Translations under genes and position numbers: made by a program
Origin: an uncultured Verrucomicrobiae bacterium
Lineage (GTDB): Bacteria > Verrucomicrobiota > Verrucomicrobiia > Chthoniobacterales > JAFAMB01
Direction of reading: 5' to 3'
Length of the DNA: 64,000 bases
Assembly: GCA_963762565.1 (NCBI GenBank)
Contig: CAVXLD010000001.1
Coordinates: 1,088,001 to 1,152,000, forward strand
The notes under the pieces: model-generated
Databases searched by the model: none
What the model saw: only the letters and a program-made list of their open reading frames with translations
Told to the model about the DNA's origin: nothing
Shown: piece by piece, positions 9,739 through 18,997 of the stretch
Numbering within the stretch: position 1 is the first letter of the stretch
Layout of the letters: each line of letters starts with the position of its first letter

Positions 9739-10896
9739 ATGAAAACGCTTTACCAAAAGTCTTCGCCAACCCTAAAACGCCTCCCCGCTCCCGAACCCAA
9801 CGGGTCGCGACCCGTGGAGCGCTGCCTTGCTTGCAAGGCCGAGGGGTCGCCACCCCTGGAGCGCTGCCTTGCTCGCGAGGCCGAGGGGTCGCCACCCGTG
9901 GAGCGCTGCCTCGCTTCCGCCTCCGCAAGGCCTACGGCGCGACAGGTTCGCGAGGCCGATGAGGGGTCGCCACCCCCGGATCTTTGTGCCCTGCTAGCTG
10001 CACTCGCCAGACAAGCTCTAATCGCCGAAGCAGAGCTCACCCCGAAACCGGGTCTGGTCGATCGGCGTGGATCAGGAGCACACAGCGATCTTTCGCTCGC
10101 TATGATGAGAAGATCGGCACTCGCCATCGAACCGTTCATTCGCCACATGGCTTTCCAATCACTGGACGAACCTCCTACTGCACGCCTCCGGGCGACACTC
10201 GCTGCCACCGGCCGCGCGGCAGAAACCGCTATGCTACGGGTTACCAATGGAAGCAACACTCACAAGGGAGCGATTTGGACTCTAGGTCTGCTAGCCGCAG
10301 CCGCGGCTATCCGATTTAACTTCGATCCCATTGCTATCGCGAGAACCGCGGGCCGAATCGCCTCCTTCGAAGATCCGTATGAATCAGCGCCAAACGCTCC
10401 CGCGGGACGAACGCCAAACGCCGAACGCCAAACGCCAAACGCGCTCTCACACGGCCAACTCGTTGCGAAGAGATTCGGCGTCACAGGGGCGCGGGGTGAA
10501 GCTATTAGCGGCTTCCCGCATATCGTTGAGATCGGACTGCCGATGTTGCGCGCCGGACGAAGAGTTAGCGCTCCAGAATCGATCGCTCGCCTCGACGCGT
10601 TGCTCAGTATCATGGCTCGGCTTACTGACACCTGTTTGCTTTACCGAGGTGGTGAGACGGCGCTGCAGGCTGCCCAACAAGGGGCCGCGGCGATTATTGC
10701 CGCCGGCGGCGCAGGTTCGAGCCGCGGACAGAAATTCTTGTTCGCTTTGGATAAGCGATTGATTGAACTAGGCGTTTCCCCTGGCGGAAGCGCCGATCTG
10801 TTAGCAGGCACTCTCTTTCTTGATGCCCTTGAACAAGGTCAAACCCGCATAGCGATTTCAGGTAACTCGGAGCAGAACTTTGTGTCTTTGTGGTGA
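9739..10896 (+). CDS. mdcB: triphosphoribosyl-dephospho-CoA synthase with repeat-derived insertions
   Basis: EAELTPKPGLVD, NTHKGAIW, SPGGSADLL (CitG/MdcB motifs); N-terminus made of in-frame REP repeats. Confidence 0.93.
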   Translation: MKTLYQKSSPTLKRLPAPEPNGSRPVERCLACKAEGSPPLERCLAREAEGSPPVERCLASASARPTARQVREADEGSPPPDLCALLAALARQALIAEAELTPKPGLVDRRGSGAHSDLSLAMMRRSALAIEPFIRHMAFQSLDEPPTARLRATLAATGRAAETAMLRVTNGSNTHKGAIWTLGLLAAAAAIRFNFDPIAIARTAGRIASFEDPYESAPNAPAGRTPNAERQTPNALSHGQLVAKRFGVTGARGEAISGFPHIVEIGLPMLRAGRRVSAPESIARLDALLSIMARLTDTCLLYRGGETALQAAQQGAAAIIAAGGAGSSRGQKFLFALDKRLIELGVSPGGSADLLAGTLFLDALEQGQTRIAISGNSEQNFVSLW

Positions 10897-10902
10897 AATC
10901 CT

Positions 10903-11196
10903 ATGGAACAATTCGAGTTTAATTATCCGGCTAAACGTAAAGCCCCAAAACGAGCCCACGTCGGCGTGGTCGGTTCCGGTGACCTCGAAGTGTTGCTAGA
11001 GCCGGCGGATGGCGACACCGCTTCGGTGCAGGTCCGGACCAGCGTCGACGGTTTCAAGATTACTTGGAAAGCCGTGCTAGATCGCTTTTTCGGCCAATAC
11101 GACGGCGCGGTCCATATCGAGATCAACGACGCGGGAGCTACTCCCGGCGCCGTGTCTTTGCGGCTCCAACAAGCGGTGGAAGCGAGTGAAGCATGA
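10903..11196 (+). CDS. mdcC: malonate decarboxylase acyl carrier protein (delta subunit)
   Basis: VGVVGSGDLEVL with the prosthetic-group Ser; INDAGATP; 97 aa. Confidence 0.95.
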   Translation: MEQFEFNYPAKRKAPKRAHVGVVGSGDLEVLLEPADGDTASVQVRTSVDGFKITWKAVLDRFFGQYDGAVHIEINDAGATPGAVSLRLQQAVEASEA

Positions 11197-12179
11197 GTAA
11201 CTCGGCCGAGGAAGCTAACCGGGGAGACGGAGAACCTGTCAGCCATAATGAGGGGAATGCGCGACGACGGCGGAAGTCTGCCCCAGTCTTTTCGCAAGAA
11301 TACCTTCAGCGCCGCAGCTTTATCGAGCTCAACGCGCGTGAACGCGCCAAATCTCTTTTCGATTCAGGGACCGCCCGCGAATTAGCCGGTCCCTTCGACC
11401 GGATCGAGTCACCCTGGCTTCCCCTGCAAGGGGTAACCCCGCAAGCGGATGACGGTTGTATCGTGATGCGAGGAACCATTGAAGGGCATCAGGGAGTCGT
11501 CATCGCTTTCGATGGCGCTTTTCAAGGAGGCGGGATCGGTGAGGTTTCAGGGGCTAAACTCACGGCCGCTCTCGATCTGGCTTGTCGCGATAGCCAGGAG
11601 GGTGCCTCCACCAGCGCCGTATTACTCCTTGAGACAGGCGGTGTACGCTTGCAAGAAGCCAACCTCGGCTTAGCGGCTGTCGCCGAAATCATTTCTTCAA
11701 TCATCGCGCTGCGCCAATACGCACCGGTTATCTCGGTGATTGCCGGACCTGTCGGTTGTTTTGGAGGAATGTCGTTAGCTGCAGGCCTTTCCAGTTATAT
11801 CGTGATGACGCCAGAAGGCCGGCTTGGATTGAATGGTCCGGAGGTCATCGAACAAGAATCTGGCGTTGAAGAGTTCGATGCCAGCGATCGTTCGCTCATC
11901 TGGTCTATCTACGGTGGCCAACAACGTTATAACCAAGGTCTCATCGATGTTTTGGTCGATGACGATGCCGATCAAATGATTGCGACAATAAAGGACCTGA
12001 TCGCGAAAGGCGTTCCAACAGTTCATCGGAGCCAACAAATCGATCTGTACCTATCTAGCATCGCTGCGCTTGATCCTTCCACCCAGTGGGATCCCAGCGA
12101 GTTCTCGTGGAGCGCTGCCTCGCTTGCGAGGCCGACCGGTCGGGACCACGGACCGGCTAACGAAGAGGAGAAACACTGA
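11193..12179 (+). CDS. mdcD: malonate decarboxylase beta subunit
   Basis: ETGGVRLQEANLGL, CFGGMS, GLNGPEVIEQE; C-terminus derived from a family A repeat. Confidence 0.95.
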   Translation: MSNSAEEANRGDGEPVSHNEGNARRRRKSAPVFSQEYLQRRSFIELNARERAKSLFDSGTARELAGPFDRIESPWLPLQGVTPQADDGCIVMRGTIEGHQGVVIAFDGAFQGGGIGEVSGAKLTAALDLACRDSQEGASTSAVLLLETGGVRLQEANLGLAAVAEIISSIIALRQYAPVISVIAGPVGCFGGMSLAAGLSSYIVMTPEGRLGLNGPEVIEQESGVEEFDASDRSLIWSIYGGQQRYNQGLIDVLVDDDADQMIATIKDLIAKGVPTVHRSQQIDLYLSSIAALDPSTQWDPSEFSWSAASLARPTGRDHGPANEEEKH

Positions 12180-12530
12180 TGAGCAACTTCACTGGAATCC
12201 GCGGACGAACGCAGTGGAGCGCTGCCTTGCTTGCAAGGCCGATCGGTCGGGACCACGGACCGGCTAACGAAGAGGAGAAACACTGATGAGCAACTTCACT
12301 GGAATCCGCGGACGAACGCAGTGGAGCGCTGCCTTGCTTGCAAGGCCGACCGGTCGGGACCACGGACCGGCTAACGAAGAGGAGAAACACTGATGAGCAA
12401 CTTCACTGGAATCCGAGGACGAACGCAGTGGAGCGCTGCCTTGCTTGCAAGGCCGACCGGTCGGGACCACGGACCGGCTAACGAAGGGGAGAAACACTGA
12501 TGAGCAACTTCACCGGAATCCGAGGACGAA
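12107..12530 (+). repeat. 107-bp tandem repeat (~4 units) spanning the mdcD/mdcE junction
   Basis: TGATGAGCAACTTC recurs at 12177, 12284, 12391 and 12498; units differ by a few substitutions. Confidence 0.95.
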
Positions 12531-13348
12531 TCTGGTTCAAAGCCCTAACCGCCCAGGAAACCCCGATGCCTGGCGATCCCCCTTCAGTGCTGGTGGCTGA
12601 CGCACTAATCGGCAATGACAACGCCCGGTTTCTTTGTGTCGTGCCCGACCCTGATAGCCGATTTCCTTGTGCACGCCACGGTGAGGTCGGCCTCGAACAA
12701 GCATATACCTTAGCCGCCCGCATCAGGGAAGTCATCGGCGCCGACAACGCCGGGAGCGCCGGCAACGCCGCGAACGGAAGTAAGAAACGTCCCATCATCG
12801 CGATCGTCGACATGAAAAGCCAGGCCTACGGCCGGCGCGAAGAAATCGCCGGGATACATCTCGCTGCGGCTGCAGCGGCAGACGCCTACGCCACTGCCCG
12901 ATTCGCCGGTCACCCGGTCACCACTCTGATCGTAGGCCAAGCCATCTCCGGCGGTTTCCTAACCCATGGCTACCAGGCTAACCGGCTTCTGGCTTTTGGT
13001 GATAACGAAGTATTGATCCACGCGATGCACAAAGAAGCTGCCGCCCGGATCACCCGGCGCACGATCGGGCAACTGGAAACACTGGCGAAAACCGTTACCC
13101 CGCTTTCTTACAACATTGCCGACTACGCCAAGCTTGGCCTGCTCTTCAAATTGCTACACGTTTCGAATCCAGAGAATCCATCTGCAGAAGAAATCTCGTT
13201 AGTAAGAACCGAGATAATCGCAGCGATCCGAGACGCTCGCCAAGGGTCATTCGACCTTCGCAACCGGGTTGAATCGGAAGAGGCCCGCGTCGCTCGCAAA
13301 GCCTCCAGGTTAGTGCGAGCCCGGCTGGAAGAAGAGTGGAACCAATAA
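12500..13348 (+). CDS. mdcE: malonate decarboxylase gamma subunit
   Basis: GEVGLEQ, SQAYGRREE, SGGFLTHGYQANRL motifs; operon position. Confidence 0.95.
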   Translation: MSNFTGIRGRIWFKALTAQETPMPGDPPSVLVADALIGNDNARFLCVVPDPDSRFPCARHGEVGLEQAYTLAARIREVIGADNAGSAGNAANGSKKRPIIAIVDMKSQAYGRREEIAGIHLAAAAAADAYATARFAGHPVTTLIVGQAISGGFLTHGYQANRLLAFGDNEVLIHAMHKEAAARITRRTIGQLETLAKTVTPLSYNIADYAKLGLLFKLLHVSNPENPSAEEISLVRTEIIAAIRDARQGSFDLRNRVESEEARVARKASRLVRARLEEEWNQ

Positions 13349-13357
13349 GCCGGCGAC

Positions 13358-13588
13358 ATGATCGCAGCGCTGACCAATGCGTTAGTACCAATCTTTGCAG
13401 GGCTGCTCCTCGGATATTTGGCCGGCCGCTGGAAGTTCGTCGACAATCAAAACGTCCGTACGCTCATTACATTTGTAATGAGCATGGCGGTGCCCTGTTC
13501 GCTCTTTTCTGCGAGCTTGATTTGCACCTATCTCGCAGGATTGTTCACCATGGCGGGTTGGATGGTGCTACTCAGCCATATGGCTTAG
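13358..13588 (+). pseudogene. mdcF: internally deleted AEC-family malonate transporter (mdcF-like)
   Basis: N-terminal ~50 aa are AEC-like (ALVPIFAGLLLGYLAGR...FVMSMAVPCSLF), joined to a last-TM-like tail; 76 aa versus ~300 expected; sits at the mdcF position. Confidence 0.75.
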
Positions 13589-13595
13589 GAGCCTC

Positions 13596-14267
13596 ATGAA
13601 CCTTTCGTACATTCGTCCGGATTACCTTCTCAAAATTGATACCACCGCAATCTCATTCCGCGACAGGTCGTTCCATGAAAGCGTCCCGGCATCGGTCAGG
13701 CGTGAACTTGAAAAAACTAAGCTGGTCGTTGTCCGTCGAGGCGCCGTGACGGAGAACTGGGTGCCGATCGGTATCCGGGGGCACCAACGTTTCCAAAGAT
13801 GGGCTGCTTGGTATCCGCCTGACGCTATTCGGGAAATAGTTAAACCGATGGATCTATTAACTCAGGTTGAGAGCGTGAACGACCTAAACGTCACGCCGGC
13901 TCGCCGCGCGTTGCAATCATTGATGAATTCCTGGCAATGGTCCACTAATCCCTGGGGACCGGCTGGCAGCCTTGGTTTTGAGCTGGCTACCGGACAGCAA
14001 ACTACGACGATGACAAGCGATCTCGACGTTGTGATTTATGCTGATTGCCACTTGCCGCGCAGAGACGCTCAACGTCTGCTCGCCTCTGCTGATGATCTCG
14101 AGGTACACGTCGATATCCGGATTGAAACCCCAACATGCGGTTTTTCCCTAACCGAGTACGCCACCTCCCCAACAAAAACGATCCTGCTCCGAACAGTCGC
14201 CGGCCCAGTTCTCGGCACTGATCCCTGGGACGAAAGCCTCTGCAATACCGCCAGGGTAATTCGATGA
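13596..14267 (+). CDS. mdcG: malonate decarboxylase holo-ACP synthase (phosphoribosyl-dephospho-CoA transferase)
   Basis: VVVRRG, IGIRG, GSLGFELATG...SDLD, LLRTVAGPVL motifs. Confidence 0.92.
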   Translation: MNLSYIRPDYLLKIDTTAISFRDRSFHESVPASVRRELEKTKLVVVRRGAVTENWVPIGIRGHQRFQRWAAWYPPDAIREIVKPMDLLTQVESVNDLNVTPARRALQSLMNSWQWSTNPWGPAGSLGFELATGQQTTTMTSDLDVVIYADCHLPRRDAQRLLASADDLEVHVDIRIETPTCGFSLTEYATSPTKTILLRTVAGPVLGTDPWDESLCNTARVIR

Positions 14268-14548
14268 GATTCACGCCGATTCTGTATCCCTTCTTTTCTT
14301 TGCGCCTTTGCGTCTTTGCGTGAGATTTTTCTTGTTTGGTTGCGGCTCGGACAGATGGCAATACTCCACGACTCTAACACTCCACCACTCCGCGCGGCCG
14401 AATTTGAGGACAGCCTGTCCGACGAAGCCCAAGCTCTGCATTGTCGACCGCTCAAGTCGGCCTCGCAAGCGAGGCGCGCTCCACTACCAGGACGTGGGCG
14501 AAGTCGGAAGGACGAGAACGAAGCTCTTCGCAAGGCGCGTCCGACCCC

Positions 14549-15475
14549 ATGAGCGCCGCTCTGCTATTCCCTGGCCAAGGATCGCAAACACCGGGCATGC
14601 TGCACCAGTTACCCGACCATCCCGCAGTCCATCAAACGCTCGAAGAAGTCAGCACCGAACTCGACTACGACGTCCGCACATTGGATTCGCCGGAAGCCCT
14701 ACGCTCAACCGTACCCGTCCAGCTGGCGCTTCTGACCGCCGGAGTCGCCACCGCCCGGGCTCTAGAATTAGAAGGTGTCATCCCGGAAGCAGTCGCGGGT
14801 CTATCCGTGGGAGCATTCGGAGCCGCGATCCATGCCCAAGTCCTAACTCTGGCCGATGGAGTTAGATTAGTAAAACAACGTGCCGAATTGATGGAACAAC
14901 ATTCGCCGGAAGGTTACGGCCTGACTGCCATTGTCGGATTAAAAGAAGACCAGGTCACCGCCCTAATCATGGAAGCAAATACCCCTGATGACCCGGTCTA
15001 CCTTGGCAATGTGAATTCAGCCGACCAAATCGTTATCTCCGGTTCCACGACCGGAATGCGGAAAGTAGCAAATGCAGCCTTGCAAGCCGGTGCTCGCAAA
15101 GTCGAACGATTAGACGTCGCCGTCCTTTCCCACTCGCCCCTTCTGCAACCCGTTGCTGAGACCCTGGCGAGAACTCTTCAAAACATCTCGTTACGTTCTC
15201 CTCGAATGTTGTATATCGGCAATGTAACCGCCAGGGCATTGCGTAACCCAGAAGACATTGCCGCCGACCTTGCCAAGAATATCGCGCACGGTGTCCGCTG
15301 GTACGAATCGATGATCGTCCTTGAGGAATTAGGCTGTACATTGTTTATCGAAACCCCACCGGGTCATGTCCTAACCAATCTCGCCAAACAGTCCGTCCCT
15401 GACGCCAAGAGCATCGCCCTGGCCGACACGTCGCTTTCTTACGTAGTCCAACAGGCTCGCCGGCACGCCGGATGA
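14549..15475 (+). CDS. mdcH: malonyl-CoA:ACP transacylase (malonate decarboxylase epsilon subunit)
   Basis: LFPGQGSQ, GLSVG active site, SHSPLL; start trimmed to ATG 14549. Confidence 0.93.
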   Translation: MSAALLFPGQGSQTPGMLHQLPDHPAVHQTLEEVSTELDYDVRTLDSPEALRSTVPVQLALLTAGVATARALELEGVIPEAVAGLSVGAFGAAIHAQVLTLADGVRLVKQRAELMEQHSPEGYGLTAIVGLKEDQVTALIMEANTPDDPVYLGNVNSADQIVISGSTTGMRKVANAALQAGARKVERLDVAVLSHSPLLQPVAETLARTLQNISLRSPRMLYIGNVTARALRNPEDIAADLAKNIAHGVRWYESMIVLEELGCTLFIETPPGHVLTNLAKQSVPDAKSIALADTSLSYVVQQARRHAG

Positions 15476-15690
15476 GTGCGCATGAGCGTGTCGGCGTTTG
15501 GCGTTTGGCGTTTGGCGTTCGGCGTTTCGGGCCGGAGGCCCGGGAGGGATCGCGTCCTCGCGATCCGTGGTTGCCGAAGCCGAGTACCTGTCATAACCGC
15601 GGAAGATAAATACACCTCTAGGTGATGGCACATCCTCGTGGCGCGCGGGGGCGCAGGCCCTCCCCAAATTGGACGCGCCTAGCGCCTCGG

Positions 15691-15981
15691 CTATCGGCTA
15701 TTGGTCCTGCGCGAAGCGCCCGACATATAACTCAAGAAAAACAGAGTAACCCCGACCACCATACCCGCGAACAGCACGATAGTGAGAGCGAGGAAAGCAT
15801 CTCGCAAGACGCTGTGCGTTAGCATGGTTGTGAATACAGCAGCGGTCACGTAAAGCAGGCCACTAATAGTGAAAAACAACAACAGCGATAACGAATGCTT
15901 TTCCGTCACTGACAGGGCTCGCACAGAGATCGGATTACGACGCCCAACGGATTGAGGTTTCCTATCAAGTAGTGCGTTCAT
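15691..15981 (-). CDS. small two-TM membrane protein, probable sigma-54 target
   Basis: 96 aa from ATG 15981 with two hydrophobic helices; -24/-12 motif 34 nt upstream. Confidence 0.6.
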   Translation of the reverse strand: MNALLDRKPQSVGRRNPISVRALSVTEKHSLSLLLFFTISGLLYVTAAVFTTMLTHSVLRDAFLALTIVLFAGMVVGVTLFFLSYMSGASRRTNSR

Positions 15982-16014
15982 AAAATTAACTTTTTTGCTT
16001 CCGATTGGCCTTAA

Positions 16015-16030
16015 TGCACACGGCGTGCCC
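16015..16030 (-). promoter_or_regulatory. putative sigma-54 (-24/-12) promoter
   Basis: Minus strand GGGCACG-CCGT-GTGCA gives GG-N10-GC, close to TGGCACG-N4-TTGCW; adjacent to a sigma-54 activator gene. Confidence 0.65.
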
Positions 16031-16163
16031 AAATCGGATGAACATCCGAACCTGCTGACAAGCAACGACTTGCGAAATTAGCGAGCAGTATCTCGCCCGA
16101 CAAATCTTCACCCAGAGTAACGAAAACTCGTGAAAATTTACGAAATTGTGTAACGTAAACAAC

Positions 16164-16240
16164 CCAAACGCCAAACGCCAAACGCCAAACGCCAAACGCC
16201 AAACGCCAAACGCCAAACGCCAAACGCCAAACGCCAAACG
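16164..16240 (+). repeat. heptamer microsatellite (CCAAACG)x11
   Basis: Perfect array ending 4 nt before ATG 16245; shorter related tracts at ~10389-10441 (inside mdcB) and ~15493-15527 (reverse). Confidence 0.95.
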
Positions 16241-16244
16241 CCCC

Positions 16245-17846
16245 ATGAACGTTGAGTTTCTCAAAGATGTCGCGCTTGCCGTTGCTCAGGAGCAGCATCT
16301 TGAGACGGTCATGAACATGATCGCTGAAGGGATCGGCCAAGACCCCAAGGTTGCTTTGGTCCGGCTCTGGCTCCTCCGACCAGGCGATATATGTGCCGAA
16401 TGTTATGTGCGGTCGCAGTGTCCCGACCAAACTCGTTGTCTGCATTTGGTGGCTAGTGCCGGCAAATCACTGGATCAAAAGGAAAGTTGGACCCGGCTCA
16501 ATGGAGCCTTCCGCCGATTCCCGCTCGGAGTTCGCAAGGTCGGGTTCATGGGCAAATCAGGCGAATCAATTCTGATCCCCGATCTTGCCGTCGACCAAAA
16601 ATGGGTCACAAACCCTGATTGGGTGAAGCGGGAAGAGCTCCGGAGTTTTGCTGGTCACCCTTTAAAGTTTCGGGAGGAAGTACTGGGTGTGCTGGGCGTC
16701 TTCAGCCGCACGCGGCTGACTGAGAACGTGTTCGGTTGGTTACGTACGTTCGCGGATTCAGCAGCCGTCGCCATCACCAATGCAAGAAGGTTCGAAGAGA
16801 TCGATCGGTTACGGGCCAAACTGGAATTAGAGAACGAATATCTCCAGACCGAGATTAAAGAAATCTACGATTTCGGAGAGATTGTTGGCCAATCAGCCGC
16901 GTTGAAAAAGGTGCTGGAGCAAATCCAGCTGGTTGCCGGCACAAATGCAACCGTTCTGATTCTAGGCGAGTCAGGGACCGGCAAAGAGTTGATCGCCCGG
17001 GCAGTGCACGAGCGGAGTTCGCGAAAAGAGAGACCATTTATCAAGGTCAACTGCGCGGCTATCCCGGAGAAATTGTTCGAAAGCGAATTCTTCGGCCACG
17101 TTAGAGGCGCTTTCACCGGCGCCGATAAAGACCGGATGGGCCGGGTTCAGCTGGCAGACGGAGGCACCCTTTTTCTGGACGAGATCGCTGAGATACCCAT
17201 CGGTCTTCAAGCCAAGCTTCTCCAGGTATTACAGGAACAACAATTTGAACGGGTCGGAGAAGCCCGGTCCCGAAAAGTAGATGTCCGCATCATTGCTGCC
17301 ACCAATCGCGATCTAGAGAAAGAGATCGAAAATGGAAACTTTCGAAGTGACTTATTTTATCGGCTCAGCGTTTTCCCAATAAAAACGCCACCCCTGCGGG
17401 AACGCCGCGAAGATGTCCCGCTACTGGCTGTGCACTTCCTCAAGACGTGTGCAAAGCAGATGAATATCCAGGCGCCGAAACTGACCAAGGGCCACATTGA
17501 ACGGTTACAGGCGTACGATTGGCCCGGGAATATTCGTGAGCTACAAAACGCCATCGAACGCGCCGCCATTTTCGCCCAGACCGGCGCACTCCAGTTCGAA
17601 TTTCTCTCACTCGAGGCTCCGAAATCAGACGTTTCAATGAAGAGTGTTCCTTCCGCCCCCACCCCGAAACCTGACTCCATCATTTTGACCGAGGCTGAAC
17701 TTAAGAAGCGCGAACGCGAAAGCATCATTGCTGCTTTGGCCCAGGCCAACGGCAAAATTTCCGGCCCACGAGGCGCCGCAGAATTGCTCGGTATGAAACC
17801 GACAACTTTGGCCTCCCGAATCAAGGCCCTTGGCCTGAAGGGCTAA
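16245..17846 (+). CDS. sigma-54-dependent enhancer-binding protein, GAF-AAA+-HTH (FhlA/HyfR-like)
   Basis: [30 protein letters not shown] and a C-terminal Fis-type HTH; N-terminal GAF domain. Confidence 0.95.
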   Translation: MNVEFLKDVALAVAQEQHLETVMNMIAEGIGQDPKVALVRLWLLRPGDICAECYVRSQCPDQTRCLHLVASAGKSLDQKESWTRLNGAFRRFPLGVRKVGFMGKSGESILIPDLAVDQKWVTNPDWVKREELRSFAGHPLKFREEVLGVLGVFSRTRLTENVFGWLRTFADSAAVAITNARRFEEIDRLRAKLELENEYLQTEIKEIYDFGEIVGQSAALKKVLEQIQLVAGTNATVLILGESGTGKELIARAVHERSSRKERPFIKVNCAAIPEKLFESEFFGHVRGAFTGADKDRMGRVQLADGGTLFLDEIAEIPIGLQAKLLQVLQEQQFERVGEARSRKVDVRIIAATNRDLEKEIENGNFRSDLFYRLSVFPIKTPPLRERREDVPLLAVHFLKTCAKQMNIQAPKLTKGHIERLQAYDWPGNIRELQNAIERAAIFAQTGALQFEFLSLEAPKSDVSMKSVPSAPTPKPDSIILTEAELKKRERESIIAALAQANGKISGPRGAAELLGMKPTTLASRIKALGLKG

Positions 17847-17956
17847 AATCGTCGTCGTCCTCGTCGTCGTCCTCGTCCTCGATCGGACGTTTCTCTCCCA
17901 GCGCAACGAACTACCGGGTACTACTCGGCTATTGGCTATCGGCTATCGGCTATCGG

Positions 17957-18997
17957 CTATTCGCGCAGCGACCGGCTATTGGCCCTGCGCGTAGCGCCCG
18001 CCCACGCCTTGAGAACAAAACAGACGCTGCCGACAACCAATACTCCTCCGGTCATACCCGCAATACGGCCGATCACGGGATCGATTGTGTCCGGCGTACT
18101 ATTCCCAGTTACCATCGCCAGAATAAAGGCCACGCCTGCCTGAGTACCGACATAAGAGAAAGGTCCCGTACTAAGATGTAACCGGGAAAAAATAAAAATT
18201 CCCCCAAAGAGAATAACGGACCACGCCAAAACCGACGAAGTCGCAAACTCAGCCGCTACCAGTCCAACAGCCCCTCCCAGAAGACATCCAAGAACTCGCT
18301 GAGTCACTCGATTTTGCGCGTTGGCGATATTTCGATCGATCGTCACTAGGACGGTAACGATCGCTTGCACCAGACTCGGAAGATGTAACCAGGACCAAAG
18401 CAGGGTCGTAATTACTGGAACCGACCCGCCCACCACGATTAGCATTTTTATTTCTCTCGGAGTTAAACCGCTTGGAGATCCCGCGCTGATCGGTTCCGTC
18501 TCCTCGACGCGGGCACTAAGCCCCAACAACGGTCGGAGCACACGTGCGCACAGCCACGCGGCAACGACCCCTGAAATGATCTCGTAAAGCCGATACTGTG
18601 CGGTTTCGTAGATCGAGCCGGGATCAGCAATATCAATAACCAGGAGTATGAACGCGGTAGCCGATCCGATAATCCACGCATAAGAAAATCTGCTTCGAAA
18701 CCGCATCGACATGCCAATCGCGCCGATTAGAAACAGGGCCAATGCTTGCCAGACCGGTTCGCCTTCAGTGACCGAAGCACAGATGAGGCCCACAAAATAG
18801 CCGGCTAAAGTCCCAGCAACTCGCATTATCGCCTTGAGAGAAGACTGATGAAAATCCGCGCTGGAGATAACCCAGGCGGATATCACACCCCACCAAGGAT
18901 TGTCACAATGAAAGAAAAAGACGAACATCGCCGCCAGCCAGCAGGATGCGGCCGTGATAATACTGTGCCGGAAGTCAACCGTTTCTATCCCGCTCAT
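17957..18997 (-). CDS. FUSC-family membrane protein
   Basis: NPWWGVISAWVIS...RVAGTLAG repeated architecture; ATGA overlap with the upstream HlyD gene. Confidence 0.85.
   Translation of the reverse strand: MSGIETVDFRHSIITAASCWLAAMFVFFFHCDNPWWGVISAWVISSADFHQSSLKAIMRVAGTLAGYFVGLICASVTEGEPVWQALALFLIGAIGMSMRFRSRFSYAWIIGSATAFILLVIDIADPGSIYETAQYRLYEIISGVVAAWLCARVLRPLLGLSARVEETEPISAGSPSGLTPREIKMLIVVGGSVPVITTLLWSWLHLPSLVQAIVTVLVTIDRNIANAQNRVTQRVLGCLLGGAVGLVAAEFATSSVLAWSVILFGGIFIFSRLHLSTGPFSYVGTQAGVAFILAMVTGNSTPDTIDPVIGRIAGMTGGVLVVGSVCFVLKAWAGATRRANSRSLRE

Noticed and set aside
12107..12530. Possible CRISPR array (regularly spaced palindromic repeat)
   Set aside because: The intervening sequences are near-identical rather than unique spacers, and no cas genes are present; it is a tandem duplication
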